Source: a virus (Duplodnaviria; Heunggongvirae; Uroviricota; Caudoviricetes). Taken from it: a stretch of 56,493 bases of DNA. Below the pieces are notes generated by a model that made no database searches, was not told where the DNA came from, and was given only the letters and a program-made list of their open reading frames with translations. Below are positions 34,222 to 44,314 of the stretch, one piece after another (the first letter of the stretch is position 1; each line of letters starts with the position of its first letter). The DNA lies in the IMG/VR virus record IMGVR_UViG_3300035208_001055, positions 1 to 56,493 of that record. The stretch is one strand, 5' to 3'. The translations under genes and the position numbers were made by a program.

Positions 34222-34576
34222 TGGAGGCGGCGGGAATCGAACCCGCGTCCCACGATGTTTCCATGAAGGCATCTACGTGTGTAGCCGATTGATTTCCGCC
34301 TTCGCTTCTCTATCCCCTGTCGGCCGGGTTGCAGAGTCGCTAACCGATGTTGTTTAACCTTGGCTTAGTCGGTGTCGGCCGTGGCGATCCCGAATTGTGG
34401 CCGGTAGTCAAGTCTCTCGGGCGAAGACTCTCAACCGGGGCAACCTATCTCTAGGCTGCCATTGCAAAACTAGGTTTGGCAATTAAGGTTTTATAGTCGG
34501 CTTTTTACGTGGCCCGCTGACCAACCACGACACGCCTCCTGCATTTCCTTCATCTGGTCGAATCCAATTCGCCCCC
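34222..34576 (-). ncRNA. ssrA: tmRNA; tag AKPSFAMAA* at 34480-34451; no encoded CCA
   Basis: 5' GGGGGCG...GATTCGAC, 3' GCGGG-TTCGATT-CCCGC-CGCCTCC-A with G3.U70; resume context TTAATT-GCC; tag ends in hydrophobic-AA. Confidence 0.95.
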
Positions 34577-35060
34577 TAATCTTTGAGGTGCTTGAGATGG
34601 GACCCCGGCTTAACTCGCTCCTCGAACTTCGGGTTGACTTCATCAATGAAGTGTCGCACGAAGGTTCGCGCCGCTTGGAACCGTAGAATCAGGGCACCTC
34701 CAAGGCAACCACCGATAGCCACGCCAATTCCCTGCAATGTTGACGTGGCAAGATTCGTAAGAGTCTCAGCGTTGTGCATGATAGCATAGTGAATTGCAGT
34801 GATTGTCGCTGTCGCAACGATCAACAACGCTAAGGTTCCCGTTGCATACGTGGCTAGTTTCTTCATCATTTTCAAATCTCCTTATCAGGTGTCCCCTGGA
34901 TTGAATCCAGCATGTTCCTCCATCGTTGTTTTGAGGCTATGCTCAAAATTAGGTTGAAACTCTTCAACCAGACAACAACGGACTCTCGCAAGAAATTCCT
35001 CAACAGTATTTTCAGGTACTTGAATACCGAAAAACTCAACGTTCAGTTTTGCATACATAG

Positions 35061-35134
35061 TAGTCCCGGCGGGAGTCGAACCCGCATCTACAGATTGAAG
35101 GTCTGTAATCCTAACCGTTAGAAATGACGGGACC
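35061..35134 (-). tRNA. tRNA-Glu (UUC) with C33, no CCA
   Basis: GGTCCCG/CGGGACT-A; ACAGA-CCTTCAA-TCTGT; GCGGG-TTCGACT-CCCGC. Confidence 0.85.
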
Positions 35135-35163
35135 ATCGGAGGGCTGTTAGCCCTCCACACGAC

Positions 35164-36519
35164 CTACTTTACCGTTGGCGTAACGATAGGTTCGGTAGGC
35201 AATACTCCGGTAGCACGCAGAAGCATCAGGTTCATCAGATTCTCATTGAGGCCACCACTGCCAGTCTTCCCGCTGGCATCGCCTCCAACAATCACGATTC
35301 CAGGGGTCTTGACTCCGGCGAGCGCGACAGCGACCTTGGCATCTCGATCCGCCTTGATCGTTGCAAGAACGCGGTCCTTCTCGGTGATGTCGCCAGCAAG
35401 TTCAATCGACTTCTGCTTGGCCTCCGCCGCTGAGATGGTGGCCTTCTTATTGATTTCCGCAGTCTCAGCATAAAGTAGCGCGATTGCTTTGCGCGTAGTC
35501 GCTTCCGACTTTTCTTGGCTGGCAACCTCGACCTTTTGCAAGGCTTGGGTCACTGCTTCCTGCTTTGCAATTATAGCGACTTCGGCACGTTGCTGGGCCT
35601 GAATGGTCGCTCGCGTCTTCTTCTGGTTTTCTTCGGCAGTGATTTCAGCCACTTGACGAAGACCTCGTTCCGTCACCATAAGGCGTTGTTGATACTCCTC
35701 TTGCCTCTGGGCTTTCGCTTGCTCCGCTTTCAAATAACTCTCCTTCTTAGCGGAGAATTGAGCAAGAGTTTGCTGATCGTACTCTGTCTCCGTCACGCTG
35801 AATTGGATAATTCCAATCTTGTAACGATCCAATGGTGAAGGTTGCACGACGATAGGTTTCCCCTTGTCATCGAGAACAACTTCGGTAGCCATGACCTTGG
35901 CGCGTTTCTCCACGGCGATAGGTTTTCCATCGGCCCCGACGCCACCAGCGACAGTTTCCGATACGTCTTTCAATTCGACCTCGGTGCGGCGCATCTCATA
36001 GAGACCGCGAATCAACTGCTCCTCGACGACTTGATTGAACTCCGCTTTACGACTAGCTTGGTTCTCAGAAGCCGACATCATAGGTCCAGTAGACTTGATA
36101 CAATTGACCAAGTGGCTTCGCACGGCGTCCGAGATATTCTTCGGGTTCGCGTTGAAGTCTTGATGGAGCAATAGGCGATGTTCCTTATCGGTTGGCAACG
36201 CCACCTTTACGAAGGATGAAATCGCTGCCGTGCCGCCGTCATTAAACGTGACGCGAATTGAGTCGTCACTGGAATCGCCCTCCCTATGACTGGCAGAGTA
36301 GTAGGCTTGTATGGACCGTGGATACGTCCATACCGTGCCGAATCCCTTCCAGTAATAACCGGCCGAATCAATGACCGTGATGTCACCCGTGACACTCTGA
36401 TAGAGTTGCCAGTCATGCGTGTTATTGTAGCCGACAAGGCCACCAAGCAAAATACCGACAACAAGCAGCACCAACAAGGTGCAGATACCAGCCGCGACAA
36501 CTTTCACTTGCGTATTCAT
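35164..36519 (-). CDS. SPFH / Band 7 (flotillin-like) membrane protein
   Basis: N-terminal TM helix, IRVTFNDGG SPFH core, long Ala/Glu/Gln coiled coil. Confidence 0.85.
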   Translation of the reverse strand: MNTQVKVVAAGICTLLVLLVVGILLGGLVGYNNTHDWQLYQSVTGDITVIDSAGYYWKGFGTVWTYPRSIQAYYSASHREGDSSDDSIRVTFNDGGTAAISSFVKVALPTDKEHRLLLHQDFNANPKNISDAVRSHLVNCIKSTGPMMSASENQASRKAEFNQVVEEQLIRGLYEMRRTEVELKDVSETVAGGVGADGKPIAVEKRAKVMATEVVLDDKGKPIVVQPSPLDRYKIGIIQFSVTETEYDQQTLAQFSAKKESYLKAEQAKAQRQEEYQQRLMVTERGLRQVAEITAEENQKKTRATIQAQQRAEVAIIAKQEAVTQALQKVEVASQEKSEATTRKAIALLYAETAEINKKATISAAEAKQKSIELAGDITEKDRVLATIKADRDAKVAVALAGVKTPGIVIVGGDASGKTGSGGLNENLMNLMLLRATGVLPTEPIVTPTVK

Positions 36520-36976
36520 ACGTTCTCCTCAAAAGAAACAAAGGGTCGAACAAAATTCACACAAAAGACGAAACGGGTTGAGCAAAATCGACTACCTGCC
36601 GATCTTACGGCGCATCCGATCAGCAGTACGCTGACTACAAGATGCTTCTTTTTCAAGATCACGCGCTCGCTGTTGGGCTTCCATTTCCGCAGTCGTCATG
36701 CGAGTCACGATCTCCTCATCGTTTGTTGGCGGCACTTCGATAACGCCCCCGACAAGATGAGCAAACCATCGACTTCGTATGAGCCAGCGGTATAGGAAGA
36801 GACCACCGACAAGCACAATGAAGATCACAAACGATTCAATTGTCGCAATCATATTGGGTTCCTTGGACCTGTGACAACATTACGTGGTAAGTTTCAGCAA
36901 ATCGCGTGCCAAGTTGTAACTCCTAGTTACGACAACACGACGTTGTAAAACAGCGTCGTGATGTTGTTTTTTGGCA

Positions 36977-37441
36977 TCAATAGGTCCGCTTCGTGGACAA
37001 TGCCTTCCAGTCAGTAAGCACCGCGCGAGCAGCGTCCTTGGCTTCGCACACTTCAATAAGGTTGGAGACGCCAGGACCCACAATCTCGTTGTAGAATTTG
37101 TAATCGTCAAATCCAGCAGAGTCGGCATCCAACTTATCGGCTGCATAGTAGACTTTGCCGATGCGCGCCCATCGAATGGCACCGATGCACATGGGGCACG
37201 GTTCGCAACTCGTGTAGAGATCGCACCCGGTCAGATCGTGCGTTTTGAGAAAACGACACGCATCTCGTATCGCATTGATTTCTGCGTGTGCCGTTGGATC
37301 ACGTCGAATGACAACGAGATTCACACCTTCACCGATGATCTCAGTGCCGCGAACCACAACTGCCCCGAAGGGACCGCCGCAAGTTAGGCCCTGTCGTGAG
37401 AGGTCAATTGCTCGTTGCATTGCTTTTTCTTTAGTGTCCAT
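36977..37441 (-). CDS. Zn-dependent nucleobase/nucleoside deaminase (GuaD / TadA-like)
   Basis: GGPFGAVVV, DPTAHAEINAIR, LYTSCEPCPMC, closest by recall to Bacillus-type guanine deaminase. Confidence 0.9.
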   Translation of the reverse strand: MDTKEKAMQRAIDLSRQGLTCGGPFGAVVVRGTEIIGEGVNLVVIRRDPTAHAEINAIRDACRFLKTHDLTGCDLYTSCEPCPMCIGAIRWARIGKVYYAADKLDADSAGFDDYKFYNEIVGPGVSNLIEVCEAKDAARAVLTDWKALSTKRTY

Positions 37442-37472
37442 AGTAGTTCCTTAATAGTTCCTTAGTAGACTT

Positions 37473-38276
37473 TCAAGTCTCGATTTTCAACCCCTCGGGC
37501 AATTCAGTCACCACGCTTAGTCCCTCGAACGCTTTTTGATGGATACAACGCAGAACGCCGCGACGGACGAGTTGAATGACGCTGAGACAGTCTTCAACTG
37601 CGGTGTGGGCAACGGTGTCGTCAAGACCCGCTCGCTTCAAACAGTTTTTTGTGTCGGGAAGGCCGGAGTCAACGTCGGGCAACCAATAATACATGGCCGG
37701 GTCGATTGTACGGTGACGAAAGTTGACGTGTTTGTCGAATCCGTCGATTTGCTTGAAAAATTGAAGGTCAAAACTGGCAAAGTTTTTTCCCGCCGGGTTG
37801 ACGTGTAACGGGTCAATGCCATGTTCAGTCAACCAACGTGCAAAGATTGGACCGACATCAACGTCGCGCGTAATCGTCAAATTCGCGTCCCCGGATACGA
37901 GTTTCCGAAGGATGCCAGCATTCAAAGCCAACGCGAAAGGACTTCCATAAACAAATTGCTCTTTCCCATACTGATCCAATGGTTGGATGTACGTTTGGAA
38001 GCGTGGCAATTCGGCGAGCGGCGATTTCCAGTCATCAATGACAGCACCAATCTCAAGTATCTGTGCGTAGTTTTCGTTGAGTCCAGTGGTTTCCAGATCA
38101 ATGGAAACATACGGTGTCCAAGGTGTCTTCGTGTCGGTCGGCATTGGTGATTTTGGCTCCGTTAGAAAAAGATGAGGACCGCCCGCCCAGTCGCAATTTG
38201 GACAGACGCCCCGGACGGTTGGGAACGCCGTTACAATCAACGGTAGTTCACAATTAGGACAGAATCGTTTAGTCAT
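37473..38276 (-). CDS. DEDDh 3'-5' exonuclease with N-terminal Zn ribbon
   Basis: SIDLETTGL, FASFD, HTAVED; N-terminal CPNC...CPNC. Confidence 0.9.
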   Translation of the reverse strand: MTKRFCPNCELPLIVTAFPTVRGVCPNCDWAGGPHLFLTEPKSPMPTDTKTPWTPYVSIDLETTGLNENYAQILEIGAVIDDWKSPLAELPRFQTYIQPLDQYGKEQFVYGSPFALALNAGILRKLVSGDANLTITRDVDVGPIFARWLTEHGIDPLHVNPAGKNFASFDLQFFKQIDGFDKHVNFRHRTIDPAMYYWLPDVDSGLPDTKNCLKRAGLDDTVAHTAVEDCLSVIQLVRRGVLRCIHQKAFEGLSVVTELPEGLKIET

Positions 38277-38906
38277 GTGTGTTGAATCCGAAACATGTAC
38301 AACAAGCAATGGCGTCCGTGTTCGACTTGTCGTTGAATGTACTCAAGTTTTTTCTTGTGTTCAGGGAACTTTTCACAGAGTTGTGCTGCTTGAAGTTCGC
38401 CGTGGCAAATCTCACGGTAAAAATCTACGACTTGAAGAAAGGCTTGTTCGTTTGGAGTTGGTTCTGGTGGTTCAAGACATACCTCTGTCTTATCGCCGAA
38501 CCATCGGCACGTGGAACAGAGTCTATCATCGCCATCGTCATCTTCTCGACACGGATCGAAAGGATGGAAGCATCTCGGACAAAATTCGAGGTCCATTGAC
38601 TACTCCTCACTTCGGCCCATCCAGGCGGCGTCAAAGGCTTGGCACGCAAGATCGGGTGTCGGCCCCCGTCCTTGGACTTCGTAGTGACTGGCAACCCATT
38701 CGTCGCCTTCGCGCACCAAGTTAGGACGCAGCATCATTGTCGGACGAAGGGCCTGCTGTGTGTGCTTTAGACTGAGTTGGGCATTCTCGTGCATGATCTT
38801 TGCAACCAGCAACGCATGTGCCGCTTCTTTTTCTTTATAGGCGGCAATTCGATTGTAGCATTCCGTCTGTTGTTGTGCGGCGAACGCGAAGATATTGTCG
38901 ATGTCG

Positions 38907-39542
38907 TTATTCATTTTCAGGTTCCTTGGACTTGCATTGTCCACGAGACTTGCCTTTATCACTTCGCGGCTTACGCTTTGGTTTCTCTGATTTAGGTTTC
39001 TCGGGTTCGGGGTTTTCTTTTGATTTCCTCGGTCTCTTCGTCTTCCTTGTTTTCTTTAATTCCTCGGGTTCTTTAACCGGAGGAGTCACCTCGGGTACAT
39101 CGGGCGTCAATTCATCTTCGTCGTCTTCTGATCGTCGCCGGGGCGTTGTTTCCATCAACAATCGCACCAGTCGTCCATTCAATTTGCTACGTGCCCATCT
39201 TGGACAACCACGTGGATCGTGCCCATTGAACAATTCATAAAAAGCACGCACTCCCGTACACTCGATTGCTTTCTCCCAAAGGGCCTGATGCTTCTCACAA
39301 TCAGCTTCGGCAGCTTTCATGGTCTTGTAGAGATGTTTGGCGGGATTGACAAAATCCCACATCTCCATGTAACCATTCTCAAAGTTGCCGGGCACAAGCA
39401 CCTTAACACATGCTTGAAAGCGCGCAGGCAACATTATACCGAATGCTTGACGCCTCCAAGTGATCCTGTAACCTCCTGTCGCGTACCACACTCGGCGGAA
39501 TTTCTTATTGACGCCACGTTGCTTTTTTCGTCGGAACTCCAC
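38907..39542 (-). CDS. Hypothetical protein with acidic/Pro linker and basic RSDKG tail
   Basis: First gene after promoter 39578-39605; tail KPKRKPRSDKGKSRG. Confidence 0.75.
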   Translation of the reverse strand: MEFRRKKQRGVNKKFRRVWYATGGYRITWRRQAFGIMLPARFQACVKVLVPGNFENGYMEMWDFVNPAKHLYKTMKAAEADCEKHQALWEKAIECTGVRAFYELFNGHDPRGCPRWARSKLNGRLVRLLMETTPRRRSEDDEDELTPDVPEVTPPVKEPEELKKTRKTKRPRKSKENPEPEKPKSEKPKRKPRSDKGKSRGQCKSKEPENE

Positions 39543-39577
39543 GCTTCTCCCCTTGAGGAAAGGTGCCCATCATCTGA

Positions 39578-39605
39578 AGTATACACCACATTCGCAGGAA
39601 GTCAA
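39578..39605 (-). promoter_or_regulatory. sigma70-like promoter
   Basis: TTGACT-N16-TATACT. Confidence 0.85.
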
Positions 39606-39625
39606 GAGGCGACCAAGAGAAAATC

Positions 39626-39660
39626 GGCGAGAGGACCGGAGAACATCCGGTCCTCTCGCC
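39626..39660. terminator. 15-bp perfect hairpin after ORF 39679-39876
   Basis: GGCGAGAGGACCGGA-gaaca-TCCGGTCCTCTCGCC; no U-tract. Confidence 0.65.
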
Positions 39661-40459
39661 ACATAAGCCATACAATCGTCAAGACACGACAACCGTGTTC
39701 TTGAGATTGGTCAACTTGACGCCTCGGCCTTCGGGACTGTTCCCGTAGACGGCATCGCATTCCACTTTCGTCACTTGGATGCGATTCAACCACATCCGTG
39801 AACCCCGGCGAACGGGGTACACCAAGTTGTTATCCACCGCAATCGTGCGGCCCAAGAAATCGGTCGGACTGTCCATTTTTCACCTCAATAGATTCAAAGG
39901 GTGTTACGGCGGGTGAAGTGGAAGTGTTGTCGCGCGTCCCCGCCAACAAGTCGCGCAGGCAACTACTGTAGTTCTCGACATAATCGAGTCGCACTTGCAA
40001 CTCGGCGTCTGGTTTAGCCCCGGCCATCGCACAAGCCTGCATCCCGGCCCAGAATTTGGGATGGATGCCATAGGCAGCGAAGATTTCTTCGTAGGTCATT
40101 CTTTGATGTCCTTTGGTTCGAGTCCGGCGTGGAAGAGTTTGAGAATGCCCTCATCAACACGCTGACGTGCGGCAATCTCATCTTCGACTTCTTGTACCGC
40201 TTCAATTTTCGCGGACTGGATTACGGTAGGTTTCGCAGTTTGTTTTGAGTTGCGTAGTTGTTCCATTGCGGCCTCACGTCCTGTGGAGATAATTCTTGTT
40301 GAACCTGTTGACCGAACGTTATCGGGTGTCGCCAGCGTGTTTACCGTGCGACAATCGAATCTGTCACAGGACGTGTGATTTGGTGGGCGACCTCGACGTG
40401 CCCGTTTCAACTCGTAGTTGTAGTCGTTTTCGTTTTCAGGATAAAATTGCTCCATGCAC

Positions 40460-40744
40460 TCACTCCTTTTTCTTTCGACGAAGTTTTCGACGCATCTTAC
40501 GACGCATTTCATCGGTACACTTTTCGTCCCGGCAAACGCGAAATTCAACACGATACTTTTTCTTGGACAGAAATTCAATCTTGATCCTGCCGTCCTTATA
40601 GCGTTTCACGACTCGGCCGATTCGGAAATCCATACCGTGAACCAGTCCACAATCGCAACAGGCTAGTTTGTAACCGCGCATCACGGGGCATTGCCATGTT
40701 GTCCAGCCGCTTTCTTTTGCCTTGGGTTCTTGAAACTTGACCAT
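40460..40744 (-). CDS. Cys-rich phage protein, paralog of 30424-30873
   Basis: GWTTWQCPVMRGYKLACCDCGLVHGMDFRI. Confidence 0.7.
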   Translation of the reverse strand: MVKFQEPKAKESGWTTWQCPVMRGYKLACCDCGLVHGMDFRIGRVVKRYKDGRIKIEFLSKKKYRVEFRVCRDEKCTDEMRRKMRRKLRRKKKE

Positions 40745-40745
40745 A

Positions 40746-41489
40746 TCACTGCCTCCCTTGCGCCCAGTTTTCGAGATCAGAGTGTTCTTCCGCAATCTTG
40801 GCACAATAGGCCGGGTCGATCTCGATGAGGGTGCAATTTCGACCAATGCGTTTACACACTCGCAACGTCGTCCCGGTCCCGCCGAAGGGATCGAGAACAT
40901 AATCCCCCTCCACGGTGGTAAGATTCAGGCATCGTTCGACCAACCCCTCATTCAGTTGGGTTGGGTGCCATGCTCGCCGTTGCTTACTGTTTCCGGTGAC
41001 TCGGGTGAAATCAAACACGTCGCCCGGCACCCGCCCCCGTGGATCGGCCCGTTTGTCGCCATGCTCCTGACGCCAGGAGGGCACGCGGGTTGCGTCGGGG
41101 TACAATGGGGCATCAGACCAGCGGATGCGTAGGAGCGGCCTGTGGTTGTTTCCCAGGTCCGTGTGACAGTGCTGGCCGAACGTGAAGACCTGAACGCACG
41201 GTTTGGCCTCAATCGACTTGCCGTACTCCCCCTCTAACTCGGTAACTATACGCCCTACTTGGAAGGTCCATCTTGCGTTGTACGAGAACCACACACACTT
41301 GGAGTGGTTCACAAAATAACGGAGCCAATCCCTCAATTTGACTATGTAGTCGGACTCCGTGAGACGGTCCTTGTAGGCACCGTATCCAAGACCGATGTTG
41401 TCGGGCGGGTCTGCGAAGATCGTGTCCCATCGCCGGGTCTCTTGCTGAAGCCACAGTAGGCAGTCATTATTGTAGAGTTCGTATCTCAT
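40746..41489 (-). CDS. Beta-class N4-C/N6-A DNA methyltransferase with variant DPPD motif
   Basis: IFADPPDNIG, HPTQLNEGLVERCL, VLDPFGGTGTT. Confidence 0.9.
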   Translation of the reverse strand: MRYELYNNDCLLWLQQETRRWDTIFADPPDNIGLGYGAYKDRLTESDYIVKLRDWLRYFVNHSKCVWFSYNARWTFQVGRIVTELEGEYGKSIEAKPCVQVFTFGQHCHTDLGNNHRPLLRIRWSDAPLYPDATRVPSWRQEHGDKRADPRGRVPGDVFDFTRVTGNSKQRRAWHPTQLNEGLVERCLNLTTVEGDYVLDPFGGTGTTLRVCKRIGRNCTLIEIDPAYCAKIAEEHSDLENWAQGRQ

Positions 41490-43343
41490 TCAATTGGCTC
41501 CCAGTCACAGATGGAAGTTTCATGCCAACCGTGCGACCACGGATGCTCAAACCGGTCCACTTGGACCTCAAAGATTCGGGTGCCCGGCCGCACTCGGCCG
41601 AGCGCGGTTTCTCCAACCGCGAGGAATGGGCCGACTCCCACGTAACGGTAATGAGTGATCTCGCCATTCATAGGAGTTCTTCCGTAATGATTCCTGATCG
41701 TTTCGCAGCCGCACGTTCCGACGATGACAATGGTTGTCCGAAGTCCATGAACCGGTGCCGCATTGCCAAATCTTCTTCAAGTTCGACAATGCGAGACACA
41801 AGGGATTTCCCACGCAACTCAACGGCCCGCCAAAACAAATCGGCAGCCTGCGCTTCGCCCCCATGCTTGTAGATGGTGACAGTCCCATCAAAACCTACCG
41901 TGACGATGGGGTCATTTGGTTCACCGATGGTGATAAGATTCTCGGGCCTTGGTTGTGGAACATCTACGTCGATCCCGGCGTCCATTGCGGAGACAAAGAA
42001 ATCAGTTAGGTTGTCGAACATTAGCGTTCTCCTGTCTTGCGGCGACTCTTTGAGCCGCTTCGGCATACATTGCGTCGAATCGACGTTTCGCAGCCACGGT
42101 CATTGAACATAGGTTAAGGCAGATGTTTCCTTTACCGAGAGCCGCACCACATTCTGGACACAACCACGGCTCGAATGCGTCTGCCAACGGAGGAAGTCGG
42201 CTATAGTGGCCTTCAGGTGCGGGCGAGCAGGGTTTACCATTGATGTATGGTACGTTATCCATCATCTTCCCAAGCGGTTCCAAGTAGTGGTGATGTCATT
42301 CGGAGTTGGTCAATTTCTTGAAACGCAAATACAAGATGTTGAGCCAATGAATCAGCGTTTCGATACTGTCCTCGTAGATGCCCCGTGTCGTCGTAGATGA
42401 GATAGTGACCTGAACTATTTCTCACGATTTGCCAGACGTGGGACGTAGGATTGTAAGGCGTACTGCCAGTTTGACTCACTGTTCTCTCCTCAGACCGTCA
42501 TTGTACGGTGGATAGACGCAACTTGTGCAGGCGTACCGGATAGAGTTATTCTTTATTCGCGCGTGACGAAACTCGTTGTGCTTAAACTTGCGACCGCACA
42601 CATAGCACCGTCTCTGGATCAAAAGCAACACTCGGGTTGTTACTAACCACCACTTTCGATTGATGTTGGTCAGCACGTGTGTCACTATGTTTGCCATTAT
42701 GCTACTCGACTATCTGACCGTTCGGGGCAATCACATAATAACGGACGCTTGTGTCCTGCTTGCGCCGCGACCGCACGTAACTTAGGGCTTCTTGTCGTGT
42801 GAGTTTGTCTGGTAGTAACGTCGGTCCTTCATCTTGATACTCTTCAGCGACCCGATACGAGTCGAATGTCGCTGTGATGAGTCCCTTACCTTGACAAGCC
42901 GGGCAACACACTCCCCAGTATCGAATTTCTTTTGTCTTTTCAGCCATACGGTTTCCTAACTATTTTCAGGTAGAACGTTGGTGGCACCGCATCGGTCGCA
43001 CACATGAATCTTAGTTGATCGAAGTGGCGATAGGTCCATTCCAATGAGTTGATTTCGCAACCAGTGATTACGACACGCCTCTTGCATGATCGTATTGGCA
43101 AGTGCAAGCACCGCCGCCTCGAATGTAGGCGCAAGCGCCTCACACCACGGGGCATCCATCATCTGTATGCGAACTCCTCGCGGCTCCATGAAAACTTTCA
43201 CACCCTTCTTATACTGAAAGATGCGATGGTAGATACGACTCAAGCGGTCGGCATCGTAGAGTTTTGACTCTAATATGTCAAGTATCTGTGCTATGCGAGG
43301 TCCGCTAGCGCGAACTTCTTTGAGTTGGTCGTACCAATATCCT

Positions 43344-43679
43344 TCAAGTTCCCATTGATTCATCGGTTGTCCCCGGTTTCTTCTTGCGTGGTCCGCGAGG
43401 TTTGCCCTTGTCACTTCGCTGTTTACGTCTTTTTGGTTGTGATTCGGTTGGCACTTCTGTAGACGACTCTGGCTGTGACTCTGGCTGTAACTCTGACTCT
43501 CTTGCTTTCTTTGGCTTCTTTTCACATGTCCAGAAACTCCAATCATCCATGTGATCGAAAGTGCGTTGCAACCCTCGCTGCGTTTCTAATGCGTCAGCTT
43601 TTGTTGGGTAGGGGCCACAATCACCGCACTCGGGAATCTCTGTTACCCACCATCCGTCTTCTTTCTTGATTGGCTTCAT
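43344..43679 (-). CDS. Hypothetical protein with QPES repeats and RSDKG tail
   Basis: N-terminal CGDCGPY; tail QPKRRKQRSDKGKPRGPRKKK. Confidence 0.7.
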   Translation of the reverse strand: MKPIKKEDGWWVTEIPECGDCGPYPTKADALETQRGLQRTFDHMDDWSFWTCEKKPKKARESELQPESQPESSTEVPTESQPKRRKQRSDKGKPRGPRKKKPGTTDESMGT

Positions 43680-44302
43680 TTCGGGTTCAATGCACAGTCC
43701 TGCCGGATGGGATGCGCCTCTGTCATTAGAATCTCCGACGTGAGACTTTGAAATTCATCACGTGACGGGAACCTGCTACCGGCCAACTTTATCATCAAGG
43801 TTGCCACGTGTTCCTTATCCGATTCTGAGTTGTAACACTCGACAAGACCATAGTGGCACATGTCGGCCAACTTCAAGAAGAATTGATGCGTGTAGACATA
43901 GCCACATCCGCAGTGGAATCCCTTCTCAGACGGTAACACGTGAATGATGGCTGCGAATGGTTTGGCTAACCCATGAATCGAACAGAACGCCTGCCACTGA
44001 TCGCTATAATCATTTGCAGCAACAACATGCTCAGTTGTACCGGCGTTTGTCACTAGATCAAATCGACCGATCAGGAAGTCGGGGAGTGGTTTCGATAGAT
44101 CGAGTTTCAAAGACCCGTCGCGGCCGTTCAGGTCGATGCTAGTGTGGTCGGCACCTAACCACTGCATGATGTGTTTGACAGGCACTCGAAGTTTCCACCC
44201 CGACTCCTGGTTGCCCAATTCGCAAACACGTAGGCCACGCATCGGCCGTTGTAGGTGTCGGCAGGCTTCAACCAGTAACCAAGCAACATCGTCAGTAATC
44301 AT
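43676..44302 (-). CDS. Class I SAM-dependent methyltransferase (probably glycan or small-molecule)
   Basis: VCELGNQ motif I, SIDLN, FDLVTNAGTTEHV, IHVLP. Confidence 0.8.
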   Translation of the reverse strand: MITDDVAWLLVEACRHLQRPMRGLRVCELGNQESGWKLRVPVKHIMQWLGADHTSIDLNGRDGSLKLDLSKPLPDFLIGRFDLVTNAGTTEHVVAANDYSDQWQAFCSIHGLAKPFAAIIHVLPSEKGFHCGCGYVYTHQFFLKLADMCHYGLVECYNSESDKEHVATLMIKLAGSRFPSRDEFQSLTSEILMTEAHPIRQDCALNPK

Positions 44303-44314
44303 CAGTGGTCTACC

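Noticed and set aside
34885-35160. ORF N-terminus spanning tRNA-Glu
   Set aside because: A downstream ATG (MYAKL, about 35058) explains the gene without overlap
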